The position numbers and the translations under genes are program-made. The notes under the pieces were generated by a model that saw nothing but the letters and a program-made list of their open reading frames with translations, did not search any database and was not told the origin of the DNA. This document shows, piece after piece, positions 40,853 through 53,950 of a stretch of 64,000 nt of DNA. Positions within the stretch are counted from its first letter, which is position 1, and each line of letters opens with the position of its first letter. The stretch is from Chrysomallon squamiferum (taxonomy: Eukaryota; Animalia; Mollusca): the NCBI GenBank assembly GCA_012295275.1, contig CM022665.1, positions 32,550,001-32,614,000 on the forward strand. The letters run 5' to 3'.

Positions 40853-41612
40853 TAAGAAAACAAAGATGATAAAAATAATTAATAAATAAAAGAGAAAGAA
40901 AGAAAGGCCGGAATTAATATGGAATAATGAACGTATTTACATCGATTTCGTTGCAGATAAATCAAGAAAAAAAATCTCTCGACATGTATTATTTATATAA
41001 AACTCTTTCGTGATGAAGCTGTAGTTCTGCGAAACAGACAAACCCCGGGAGTTCTAAATGTTAACGAAATTTACAAAAAGCGGGAAAACGTTGCCAAAGC
41101 GAAGTGAAATTGATCTCATTTTGCCTTTGATCATGGAAATGAACAACATGACGAGACGAGAGATACTAACACAATGACGTTTGTATTGAATGACAATTTA
41201 TCACTCGTTTAATCAACGTGCGGCTTCGTTTTATCTTTTGTCGTCGTGTTTGACCGTCAGTTTGTCAAATTTGACGGCTAATCTAGGTTTGAAACAGTTA
41301 ATGTGGGCAGATAAAACACCACTTCTGTTTGATGTTAATGTCCTGTTTTGTTTCCATTACAATAAATTAAAAACAGTCTAAAAATATCGGTAAAACAACA
41401 TGGTTACCCTGAGCTAATAACCGATGTTTAAAACCAGTTGCGGAAATTCACATCATCATCACATCATCACGTCTGGTGGAAGGAAGTGGCTCGGGCTGGG
41501 ATATAGAAGGAAAATTATGATAAAACAAAAGATAAATACTCCCCCACCAAAAAAACAACAACCCAACAACGAATAATAGAAAAAAAAGTCTGATACGTAG
41601 ATGTGAGTGTTT

Positions 41613-41613
<1 letters not shown>

Positions 41614-41679
<66 letters not shown>
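41614..41679. repeat. (AG)n microsatellite
   Basis: Pure AG run. Confidence 0.97.
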
Positions 41680-41681
<2 letters not shown>

Positions 41682-42254
41682 TCTTCAGTTAGGAATTGTG
41701 AACAGAAACAGTTTAGAAACTATCAGAATGTCACATACCAGTAATATATTAAATATATAATAATTCTATCTTGTTCTACTTTAAAATTGTGCATTCAAAT
41801 TCCACAACAAATTATATTGCCGCTAAAAGCAATCATTAGTGACACTTCATATCCAAAAACAATTTTGAAAGCTCTCACCGCGTCCTTGAAAATTTAAACC
41901 CAAATAAAATAACTTACGTTCTCCAATATTAACCAGGACCCCACAACCATATTTAATAAACCTGACCGACTGACACTTTTATGCACCTGTGACCTGTCAT
42001 ATGTATGTCACAGGTAAGTTTTCATACCTTGTTGTTTATACTAACACAGGCAATCAAAGACATGGAATTTTTCTTTAAAGAGACTCGACATTCTTCACCC
42101 ATGCTTGGCGAGAACGACATGGTAACTTTGACTCACAGTATGTGAGAACGACATTTTAATTTATTTATTTGATGATGATGATGATGATGTTACTTTTACC
42201 GTTACATATTTATTTATTTCTGCTTTTGTTTCTCTATTTTCTATTGTATTTTTT

Positions 42255-42272
42255 TTGTTGTTGCTGCTGCTG

Positions 42273-42321
<49 letters not shown>

Positions 42322-42440
42322 ATAACTACTACTACTACAATTGCTACAATTACTACTACTACTATTACTCCTACTCCTATTACTGCTCCTACTAGTACTA
42401 CTACTACAACTACTGCAACTACTACTTTTACTACAACTAT

Positions 42441-42473
<33 letters not shown>

Positions 42474-42651
42474 CACAACTACTACTTTTTCTGCTACTAC
42501 TACAACTACTACTTTCACTACTACTACTACTATTACTACTCCTACTCCTATTACTACTCCTATTCTACTCCTACTACTATTACTACTCCTCCTACCCCTA
42601 CTCCTACTAATACTAATACTATTAATATTGCTACTATTACTACTACATAAT

Positions 42652-42685
<34 letters not shown>

Positions 42686-42690
42686 TAACA
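42255..42690. repeat. Compound and degenerate (TGC)(CTA)n...(AAT)n trinucleotide tract
   Basis: Directly visible; source of the 200-aa poly-Y/T/L ORF. Confidence 0.92.
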
Positions 42691-43404
42691 CAGATTATAA
42701 AAAATTATGAGGATGACTTCATTCCAATCACAAACTCAGAGGATTTTACAGTAAAGACGAAAAGCTGGTAAGTGATCTGTTGCAAATGCTCAAACACTAA
42801 AAATACTCTAATACATGATTAATTTAATATGCACCGCAGATTATTAGTTTGTTAAATATTAAGAAACAAACTAAATAAATTATTTTCAGTAAGTAGTAGG
42901 CGTATCCAGTGGAAGTGAGACGTCATATTCCATTTCAGGACGGTACCCTGATCAAAATGAAAATCATTTCACTGTTTGATGTATCATATAAACTATCAGA
43001 CGCACTAAACACATACATTTTCAAAAATCACTTTTTATAAAGACGTGGTTATATAAAATGATATCGAATCTTGGAAGTATAACACGATATAATCGATATC
43101 GCCTTCAGCAGCGTCAATACTGCATTCAGTTACAAGAAGAGACAAACGTACAAAAGATAAACGACTGATAAATAAAACAAGTACTACAATCTTCAGGCCG
43201 TACGTTATTACTGTTAGAAAATATCCCTTGTAGTAATTACAGATTTGTTACTGAATGGCGGGAGACAGAAAGTCACCGTGTTTTTCAGATAAACCTTTTT
43301 AACTGCAGCGGTGTGCAAAATCAATATAAATAATTGTCATTAATGTCTAGCAGCTGTTACAACATTACACGTATCATAAACCAGGACGTACACGGAGCGG
43401 TATA

Positions 43405-43620
43405 TATGCAGTAATAGCAGAAGCAGTAGTATCAGAAGAGGTAGACATAGTAGTCATACTAATAGTAGTAGTTATAACATTTGTTGCTGTAGCTTTTACA
43501 GTTTTAGTAGTAGTAGTTGCTGTAATAGTAGTAGTTTCCGTAATAGTAGTAGTTGCTGTAATAGTAGTAGTTTCCGTAATAGTAGTAGTTGCTGTAATAG
43601 TAGTAGTAATAATAATAGCA
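43405..43620. repeat. Degenerate (GTA)n tract with an 18-bp higher-order unit
   Basis: GTAGTAGTTGCTGTAATA alternates with GTAGTAGTTTCCGTAATA at about 43510-43610. Confidence 0.88.
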
Positions 43621-43989
43621 TTTAAAGGATAATTCACGTCTTTATAAAAAGTGCTGAATTATTCTTTATCTTTGGAGTCTGTCAGTCTGACACACACATA
43701 CACACATAAATAAAAGTTAATCTGTAAAAATTCTTTGTAAAATTTATTCTAGTTTTAGGGGCAAAATACTTTGCGTTTTTAATTCACGTATATTATAGAA
43801 TTCAATAAAAATACACGCAGGTGTATATTATAATTATTTTATATTTTTCCTTTTTTTTTTTTTTTTTTTTTTTTTTTTCTCTCTTCCCTTTCAAATAATC
43901 TGTCTTACAAAAATTAGCTTCTGGAGAAAACAAAATTAATGATGTCATTTGGTAAGTTATAGCTTTAAACTTTGTAATTCATATCAATG

Positions 43990-44080
43990 CAGTTCACTGG
44001 GCTTTTCACCTTCCACACACTATTTTGCGACTGGTTTAAAAAAGGCCGCGGTGAATTTCCTAGCTATGAGATAAAAGTAA
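43990..44080 (+). mobile_element. SINE core remnant
   Basis: TGGGCTTTTCACC...GCGACTGGTTTAAAAAAGGCCGCGGTGAATTTCCTAGCTATGAG aligns with the reverse complement of the 12.5 kb copy (TGGGCTGTTCGCC...ACGACTGCTTTATCAAATACTGTGGTATGTGCTTTCCTATTATGGG). A possible tail ATATGTGTTGA lies near 44160. Confidence 0.45.
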
Positions 44081-44422
44081 TTTTTAGATTGATTATTATT
44101 ATTATTGTTTTGTTTTCATTTTATATATATATATATATATACTGTTAAAAAGTTAAATATGTGTTGAAATTTCAATAACATTTATTTACTCTTTCATTTC
44201 TAGAGTATATATCGCCGTTGATCTTTTTCTTTTCTTGTAAAGTGTTGTAAATTTTTCGAGTTATATAATTTTCAAGTTAAATATAATATATTTTATACGT
44301 TATTGTAATATATAAACTTTTATGATATTTTACACGTTATATGTTATGGTATTATATATTAATTTATACCTGTTGTGTTATAAAAATTATACTTCATAGT
44401 ATAATATTCTGTATACGTTATA

Positions 44423-44458
<36 letters not shown>

Positions 44459-46430
44459 TGTACATAATGTGTGTGTGAGTGTGTGTGTGGGTGGGTGGGT
44501 TGTATTATATAATTTATAAATTATAGGTTATACTCTGTCTTTTATATAATTTTCATTTCATTGTATTATATAATTTATAACATTTAAAAAATACGTTATG
44601 TGTGTGTACATTAACAACTGATGAATAAATCCTTCTTTTACGCTAACTCAAATAAGCTACCATCAGTGTTTTTATCAGTGGTACTGGTGATGGTTTGATC
44701 TAAACACAACACATTGTATTTAAATGCATATTTATCTAACTCCACAATGGCGAGGTCAGAGCTTGTGCCCAGGACAAGCATATTTGATCAGTTTTCTGAT
44801 GCTAAAATGTATGCATATAACTGAATAATGATACGGATGTACTTTAACTTAGACATATTTTTATTTAACCTGCTTAAAAAATAAAATAAAATAAAATAAA
44901 AATAGAAATAAAGTAAAAATTATGTACGTATTTGCTTCCTTAACTTTATGCATTTTCAAAATTTGTTTCACCACTAGCGTAAGGGTATTGAATATCTTCT
45001 AAGTGGCCGATTTTCTTGAAGCGGCAGAGTTAAAGAGGTAAGTCAAAATTGTGTAAAATTATCATAACTAACATCTACTAGCCGCCCCTAGGCATTGCAA
45101 GGAGCAAGACAGCAAGGCAGTTCTGAAAGAAGACGAAATCACAGCATACCATTAACATTTTTATTTCAACACAACAACATTCTCAAACACATCTCTTTGT
45201 TGAGCGATAATGTTAATCACGTGACCGAAATTTCATCTTCGTTATAAATCATAAACGTAGATATAAAAACTGTAATAAAATATTTCCATCCGAACACATA
45301 AAACACAAACACAATAAAACCTGGTTAGAAACGTCATAAAGTGACTTTCAACAACAACGCGTTGACGTCGTGCTCGAACGATCCGAGACGTTAACGCTTG
45401 AAACTAAAGTTACGTTTTAATCAAGAAAGATAACTCACCACTGGTATATTTGACTAAGGGATTCCATGACGAAGGATTGTCAAATCGTCATTTCTCTTTT
45501 GTTTCCTTCTCTTCTGGAGATATTAAAAAGTTGCCCCTTTTTTTTTATTATTATTATTATTTTATTTTTTTTTTTTTTTTTTACATAACAACAGTATATA
45601 AAAACAAATTACTTCTTTTATTAGCAATAAAGTGTCATCAGAGTTTTGTGAAATATTATCTGGATATAAACTTGTAAAGTAACAGGTGTACACACACTTA
45701 ACCGGCATTCATTCAGTGAGCAGTTGTTTTTGATGTTGTTTCTTTTTCAATATCTTGATGTATATCTGTGTGCACAAACGGTCCAGGAGATCTTGCTTTT
45801 TTCAAGATTTCGGACAAGAGACACAAACAAACATCAATAGACGAAAAATTCTAAGCTACAAAAGGGTTTCATTTTTCAGAGTAGTCGACTGAATTTGAAT
45901 TATATATAATTTAGTTTATTATTCAAAATTAGTATCTTTATATATATAATAATGAACCAGTCTCTAAGTTAGCGAAGATAATTAAGCAGTTGTTATTCAA
46001 CCATTAACAACCATAAACAAAAATTTTTGGTGGCAATTCTGTTGATAATAAAAGGGCATCCTGTTTTTGATTTTGACCCCATTGTAACAAGTATTTGAAC
46101 CGTCTATGATATAAACAGGAAATTTAGGGCAAAAATCTGTCACACCATAATCGTAAAAGATATATTAAACTTTAATACTGAGAAAATAAAGCTTTTTTAT
46201 GGGTTTTGTGTGCGACTAATACGTTTATTATTACAGTCGTTATTTTTCATTTTATTTTAAATTCATTTTAATCACGTTTCTGTTACACAGAGCGATTGAA
46301 AAGGTTTCAATCCTCTTTCTTACAAAGGCAAAAATTGCCATCATTCATCTTAAATTGCTTATCGATATACATTAAAGAATATTCTAATGTTTATTTAAAT
46401 ACACTCATGCACACAGAAGCACGCACGCTG

Positions 46431-46431
<1 letters not shown>

Positions 46432-46467
<36 letters not shown>

Positions 46468-46602
46468 CACGAAATAGTGCCTGCATGTTTATTTCCTCAC
46501 ATTATTATATTGCTAAGAAAACCTATTTGTTGCTATTATTTTTGTTCCTGTTGTGTCCTTCTTCTCTTGTTATTAAATTTGAATGAAGCCATTTGTTATT
46601 AC

Positions 46603-46665
<63 letters not shown>
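46432..46665. repeat. (CA)n and (GTT)n(ATT)n microsatellites
   Basis: Directly visible. Confidence 0.9.
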
Positions 46666-48228
46666 GTAGCTGTGGTTTAATGATTGTTGTTTTAGAAAAC
46701 AGTTTATTCCTTTCTGAAAAATTCTTAAAGACGTGAATTACCAGCGTGTCCAAGATTCACAACCATCTTCTTTTAAATACAAACCACGAACTAAAAGTTC
46801 ACACTTTCATTTTTGTTTTTATCCATACTTCTGATGCATACTTTTTATTACGAGTCTTATATCCACCACAACAATATCTTTAACACACGAAAATGTTGGG
46901 AACTACTCGACCCGCCCATGAAACAGGTCTAACGGTTACTGCTACGACCACTGCTGTCTTTATGTTAACAGGTTAGGTTTAAGGACCGATCTGTTTTCTT
47001 CAAACGGCGACTTTGATGCTTGGTAAAGAGCTAATGGATACGTGTCAGAGAAACTCACATCTCTCGTGGTTTACCTTCACTTTTGTGCATGTCTGAAGTT
47101 GATTTACGTCTTCATCAGCCGGTCTGTGAAATCTGCAGTGAGATGTTCACCAGATAAAAACATGGGTCACTCGGGAGTAAGCCTCCTTGACGTTTGATTA
47201 ATAATAACGTATACTTTTTTGTTTTGTTCCAACATTTCTTGTTCGGGAACTTTCGTGCAAACGTGCTTAATAAGCCAAGAATACAACAGTTAGCCTAAAA
47301 GTTATTAATATAAAAAATTTATACCTCATCATTTTTCCTTCCAAGATTTGTTGTTCAACCGCTAGACTGAACTTTCCAGTTAAGAATAAAGCAGATATGG
47401 TAAAAATAATTAAGATCATATATTTTTCTTCAGACTTTCTTCTTCGTATGTGTATGGAATTTACGTATTCCTATTCTTAGTAAAACAAAAACATAAGAAA
47501 TAGATTCAAAGTAATTAAAATGAAAATATCTCGTTGTTTTTATCTTTCTTCTAAAATTTCCGTTTGGTTGCATGAATGGAATATTCTTGTTTTCGTATTT
47601 AGTAAACAACAATAACAAAAAATAAATAAATAAATAAAATAAAATAAATTAAAATAAAATAAATAAATAAATAATAAGTAAAAACACATATGGTCCTATT
47701 GTTGCATTAACTATTGCTATAAAATGATTTTCGCTACAAATAAGAAAATTATCGATCAGCAGCAAATAAAGAGACTGAACTTTTACCCATTTTATCAAAT
47801 TTCGTTTCATAATTTTGATTAACATGCAATATTGTTTTCTTCTGTAATTTCTGCAGTATAATTATTTGTATTATTTTTTATTTTGTTGTTATAAATTTTT
47901 GTTTTTAGTCAGTTGAACAACATATTTATTCTTACAAGCTGATACGAAGTGAATAAAATTAGAAATCAGATTGAAACTGATTCGAGTGCTAGATTTAATA
48001 CAGTTTTACATTGTGTCACTGCTGGCGTTTATAAATGGGTCCTCTGTTTCGATATCTTGCAGAACTACGAAGTGATAACAAAGATGTCGAGCTGTCGAGT
48101 TGATAATAATGACAATATTGCATGACAAATTACAGTTAGATATCAGTGCAAATCTGACAAAGACGTGATAACTACTGATAAAACTGAGACAATAAACAAA
48201 GAAACCAGACGTGACACTGGCTATATAA

Positions 48229-48342
<114 letters not shown>

Positions 48343-49479
48343 GAGTATATGTCTAATATATGTATGCAAGTACTATGTAATATATGTTTGAGCATGTGTG
48401 TGTAGAGTATATTTATGTGATTTGGGGTAGGTATGTATGTAGGTGTATATATGTATGAGTAAATGAATTTATATGTGGGGGTGCTTTTCAAAAATTATCT
48501 AAATATTTGAAAATTTTGGAGAGAGTAACGTAAGTTCTCACACCAGAAATACATTTTTGCTTGATTTCCTTTTTCCCGTATAAGACCGAAAACCTCATTA
48601 GAATTCGACCCGCCGTCTGCGATCAGAGGCGTTAAGGATATAAAATAAAATGTTCGATGTAGGTCACAGTTTTTGTCTCGCTATCCACTATTACTGCAGA
48701 TTTTTATGTCACTTAATTTTAATAATTCAATAAGTTGGCTTACCTGCCGTATATTTTATTACCCCGTCTAACCATAGCGAGCGAATGCTCAGCGGGCTGC
48801 GAGCAAAATAATCCGAATCTCTCTCAGACTATTCGTCGAAGCAGAAGTTATTGTAAGCAGGGTAATCTTCCCAGCTCTGTAATCACTCGTGGCATTAAAG
48901 AGAAAGAACGGGGTGTATCATGAATTCGGCAAAGTAATGATCAGAATAATTGTGCGTACGGTCGTAGGGCCTGTTAAATCTGGCGCGAATATAAAGGCAA
49001 GCCGGCAAGTTCTCGTTTTAACGACTTGGCACATATAATAAGTTCAAAAAGAACAAGGGGAAAATATAATAAAAGGCTATATTTATAAAATGAGTGGATA
49101 CACACACACACACACACACACACACATAAACACACACACACATTTACATAATAATTATCTAAAATTACAATTATTTCAGACATCATTTTGTTTAGTAAAA
49201 GAACCTGTTGTTGTCTTGTTTGATATTCCTATTTCAGATGTATCTTATTAAATTTTAATATTTATTTCAAACAAATAATTCCAAACTAATTATATAAATA
49301 AGTGGATTTCTGCATTTGTTTATTTGTGTGCTAATATTTGTTATTGTACTGTATGGGCATGTATAAATATATATGTAAACATTTTGATACGTACACAGTC
49401 TATCGCTATTGCGTGCATATATGTTTACGTCTGTGAATTATCCCTGTTCGGATAAATACTTTGCGAGTAAATTATTCCT

Positions 49480-49770
49480 CACACACAGATACACACATAC
49501 ACGCACATCGACACACATGTACATATACACACATATATATACAAATTGTACAAAAAAAACACCCCAGCATACAACCATTTTTGTGCATGCTTGCATGCAT
49601 ACATACATACATACATATATTTAGACATACATGCATACATGCATTCATGCATCCATACATTCATACGTACATACATAGATATATACCGATATATATACAT
49701 TTATACACTGATAAATACACACAATCATATACATTCACCATACATGCAAACAGAAATATACGCACACAAC
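49480..49770. repeat. Degenerate (CA/TA/CATA)n tract
   Basis: Directly visible; explains the H/T/Y/I-rich ORFs. Confidence 0.85.
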
Positions 49771-52370
49771 TGAACTTAGCCCTTTGTAGTTTCTCACGCA
49801 CAAACCTCGTATAATTAAAATTTATTTTCTCATGACTGGTTTTCTGGTCAGTACAAACTCCCAGCTTCTCTCTGCTAAGGGGTATTTTTCAAACAGCTTT
49901 AGGTGTTTTATAGACTGGCGTCTCGTTTATTTGTTTCGGACAGAAAAGCGGGCGCGGAATCTCTAACAATCAGGCGATATCTTTGAATAAGATCGCCGAT
50001 AAAATGCGGCTCGAACTCGTCAAAACAGGAGATGAATACATCGCGAATTTTATCGTCCTCATTGAACAAGAAAGTATCAGTATTTGTATTCATTAATATC
50101 AGACTCATAATAACTCGCATCTTACGCTCGGAGATCTTTCTGAATGCTTTTTCAATAAAGATTTCCGCACGGCTGATAAAATTGTTGGAGCTCTTCCATT
50201 GTCGAAGGAACAAACGACACTGCAAAGAGAACAGCATCCCTGCCGAGAACGTACGAGTATTTCCGAGGATCTGCTTCTGTCTAGAGATCATTGGCTCTGC
50301 CCCAGGGTTGTATCACTTGAATGATTTTCCACATCACTTTAGCTCCTATCTTTGACTCCTGTTTATAGTTCTGCATACAGACTAGCCTGTTTAGTACCGC
50401 CACTCAGCCGGTTTTGTGTCTACTGTAAGCCACATACAATGACGTTTGTTGTATGTGACAATAAGCATATCAGAACACATACCACCGTGGATAATGTAAT
50501 AGCATAGTGTCATATTACATATCACATGTCATATCACATTTCTTACGTTCCATAAACAAACTATCCAACAGACCAAACATAAAATAATAATAATGGTTGC
50601 TTGATGTCTGTCAGCTTGGATCAGTCTTAAAAAACTGATTGACGAGACTTGTGTGATGAAAGCTTTGTATAGTTTTTCTTATAAACAATTTTTTTTATAT
50701 AATCAATTTTTAAACAACAATAAAGTCAGTATCAGTCCTGTTTATTATATTTCATTACCTTTTGTGTGTGTAAATCTCCATAAATATGAAATTGTGAGCA
50801 TATGCAACAGCATATTTCCGACATTCTATTTTTCTCTGCCTGTCTGTCTGTCTGTATGTATGTCTAACTGTCTATCTATCTGTCTGTCAGTATGTATGTC
50901 TGTCTGTCTGTCTGCCTGTATGTCTGTCTATCTATATATCTTTCTATCTGTCTATTGTTTTTAGAGGGGTTTTTTTTTGGTTTGTTTTGGTTTTTCTAGG
51001 TTTTTTTAATTTCTTCATTACTCAGTAGCCACATACAATTCTAACAGCAAAACATGAACAATCATTTCGTGCTGGCATATAATATACACTGCAGTATTAA
51101 AAAACTGCACTGCAGTATTAAGTTACTTAGCCGCAGAACGACAAACTATGTTGTACCCAGATCCCTTTCTCACAATTCAATTTTTTCTTCTTCTTTTTTT
51201 ATCTTTGCGAAAAGGAAATTAAAATTTTCGACGACTAGTACAAAGATAGGTATTCGCTGGCAACAGAATTGTGAGTATTTTCGCAAGATTGACAACCACA
51301 TTGTGTTCATTTTGTTCTGGGACGCTTGAAAGAATAAGATGGACCGTACGAGTCGACTGTAAACAAAACCCACCGTAGAAGAATGTTTCAAAGTTGGAGA
51401 GAAACCGTGAATCTTATAACAACATGGCGTGCTAAGCCGCTTCTAAACAAAGACCATGTCATTTTGAAAACTATCGCCTCTGCGCTGTGTTTGCAAAAGA
51501 ATACGTTTTCGAAATCGTAGGCTTTTTTCTTTCTTTGAAGAAAACGATTTTTAATTTTTTTTTTTTTGCTTTGTTTTTTCTAGCCAAAATTCAGTTGCCG
51601 CATGTCAAGGACTTCTGTTCTGGTTTCACACCTGCAGAAGTATTAAAGCTTTATCATGTTCTTCGTGTTTGTTGTTCCCGTGTTAGTTTTATATCTAAAT
51701 TTGTTTTCGTCTGAATCCTGTTTAAGTTTTGGAAAATAAATTATCCTCTCTGGTTTTGTACCTAGATTTTTTCTTTCTATAATGAACCGTTTAGAACAAT
51801 ACTCTCTGCATTTGTAAATTCTCTGGACGATTCAGAAATAATGTACTAATATACAGATAAAGAGAGGCAGACAAACAGACAGGTAGAGAAAAAGAAAGAA
51901 TAATGAACCGCTACATTAAAATTTACCAGATTTTAATAATTATATTCAGCTTTAAACGATTTTAATAGTTATATCGATCTTAATAATTTGAAATATCGAA
52001 AGATATGAAAATGAAAAACAATATCGTGATACATGAATAAATGATAAATATTTAAATAAAGAAAAATTACTGGGGAAAAAAAAAAAAAAAGAAGAAGAAT
52101 AAAAGAAACATCTGGTAAGGATTCAAAATGGCTGTCTAATCCAGCAATCTTGATAAAAACATTTCGATTTCTTGTAATCCAAAACACAGCAAGGTCATAA
52201 ATGAAAAAAAGAATTATAAAATTTTTTATAAATTTACATTCTCATTTTTATAAAAAAAATCTTTTGCCGATCAAACTGGAATGGCTATAAATACCGAGAG
52301 GCTGTTCTTTCTGAAATTTAATATCCTAAATATATATTTTTTATTTATTTATTTTTAATTTCTCGCAATT

Positions 52371-52402
<32 letters not shown>

Positions 52403-53910
52403 TTTCCTTTTTTTTCCTTTTTTGTTCTTTCTCTCTCTTCGACATCCGAAGTAAAAAATAAAAAATAAAAATAAAATAAAATCTCAAAAACGTAATGGTG
52501 ATAATATGCACACGGCATCTCCAGTTACAAACATGCACTTAACGTCACCCACGACCACACCAACAACAGCAAGGCGACTGTGGTGATTCATCAAATTTGA
52601 ATGATACAAGTGAATTAAAGAGACAGGTGCAGTTCATTAAAACTCTTGAACATAGTTTATACGACCGCTACCTTGTCATTTTAAGATAGGTCTAGGACTT
52701 GTACTTTTTGTTAATGTTTTATTTTATTACCCGTTACTTTTACCTCGGATCGAATGAGTTTCTCGTTGTCTCTATACGTCTGTAGAAATTTTATTTTTTA
52801 TTTTTTTAATTTGTTTTAAAGATTTGAACATACTACGTAATTAAGTGACAAAGTTCTGTTGTTTTAATTGCTGGTGTCAATATCAAGTCATAACAGTGGG
52901 GAGAATTAAATGATGATTTTATTTGTTAACACAAGATCATCACTCTTGTAAATAATGATTTCCATATATAAAGAAGTCCGTAAAATATAAAGAATAAACA
53001 TGTATAGAAATTAAATACCTAGAACAAAGAAATCAAATATTTTATAAATTTCATCATTACTGTTCTATTTATTCAGTTCATTGTAACTGTATATTATCTA
53101 GCTGCTGAAAGACCTAAGTGCATGTAAATAAATTTCAAATAAACTTGAGTTCTGACTGGTACTTTCATCTTAGCTTTTTAGTTCAGAAACAAGCCAAGTT
53201 TACGTATCATCATAGTACACGCAGTATAGCATTTTTAAGAATTTCCCGTAAGACCCAGAGGACCTTATCCCACAAGTGTTTGTTTTGTCTTTAATTCAGT
53301 GAAAATAACTGGAATTATCTCAGTTATACCAATGTTTTTTGTCGTCATAAACTACTTTCCTATCTCTGTTATCGGTTGTTTACAACAGACGACTGACTCT
53401 TTGAAGTGTAGTAGAGCTATGTTCCACTTGACGGTCTGTTCATTTTTGCGTCTATTAGAACTAAACAGGTAACAGCTGACTGACTGTAAGATATGCAAAT
53501 AAAGATAGGTAATTTGTAGAAGAAGAGAAATAATTAAAAACGCTATCGACGTGCGGAATAAAATAAAAGAACAAAACTCTATATATGATTAATAGATACT
53601 CTGTATATTGCTGTTATTTTCATTATCCATGGAGGAAATATTATTGGATACTCTATTATTTATTATCCATCAGTCACGTGCAGGTGTTGTTTAAACGGTT
53701 CATTTAAATAATTTTTATTAAGACATTCAATAAAAGAAGATTGTATGTATATTTTATCCGCAAATGTCGTAATGCACATCATCGAAGTTTTAAAATATAG
53801 CAGTCTTGCAGTCTATGTCTATGTCACTTTTAATCAAATTAAAACCTCTCTCTCTCTATTTTGCTACTGATTACACTGTTTATGTGTATAAGTATGTACC
53901 TGTGTATGTA

Positions 53911-53950
<40 letters not shown>

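Noticed and set aside
42169-42771. 200-aa Thr-rich mucin-like ORF and similar ORFs at 2401, 11328, 15201 and 43374
   Set aside because: Translations of trinucleotide microsatellites; homopolymeric runs appear in several frames and there is no gene structure.
43991-44060. miR-124-like sequence AAGGC-CGCGGTGAAT on the 3' arm of a possible hairpin
   Set aside because: It lacks a seed nucleotide relative to UAAGGCACGCGGUGAAUGCC, the loop is long (over 30 nt), and the segment is better explained as a decayed SINE core matching the 12.5 kb copy.
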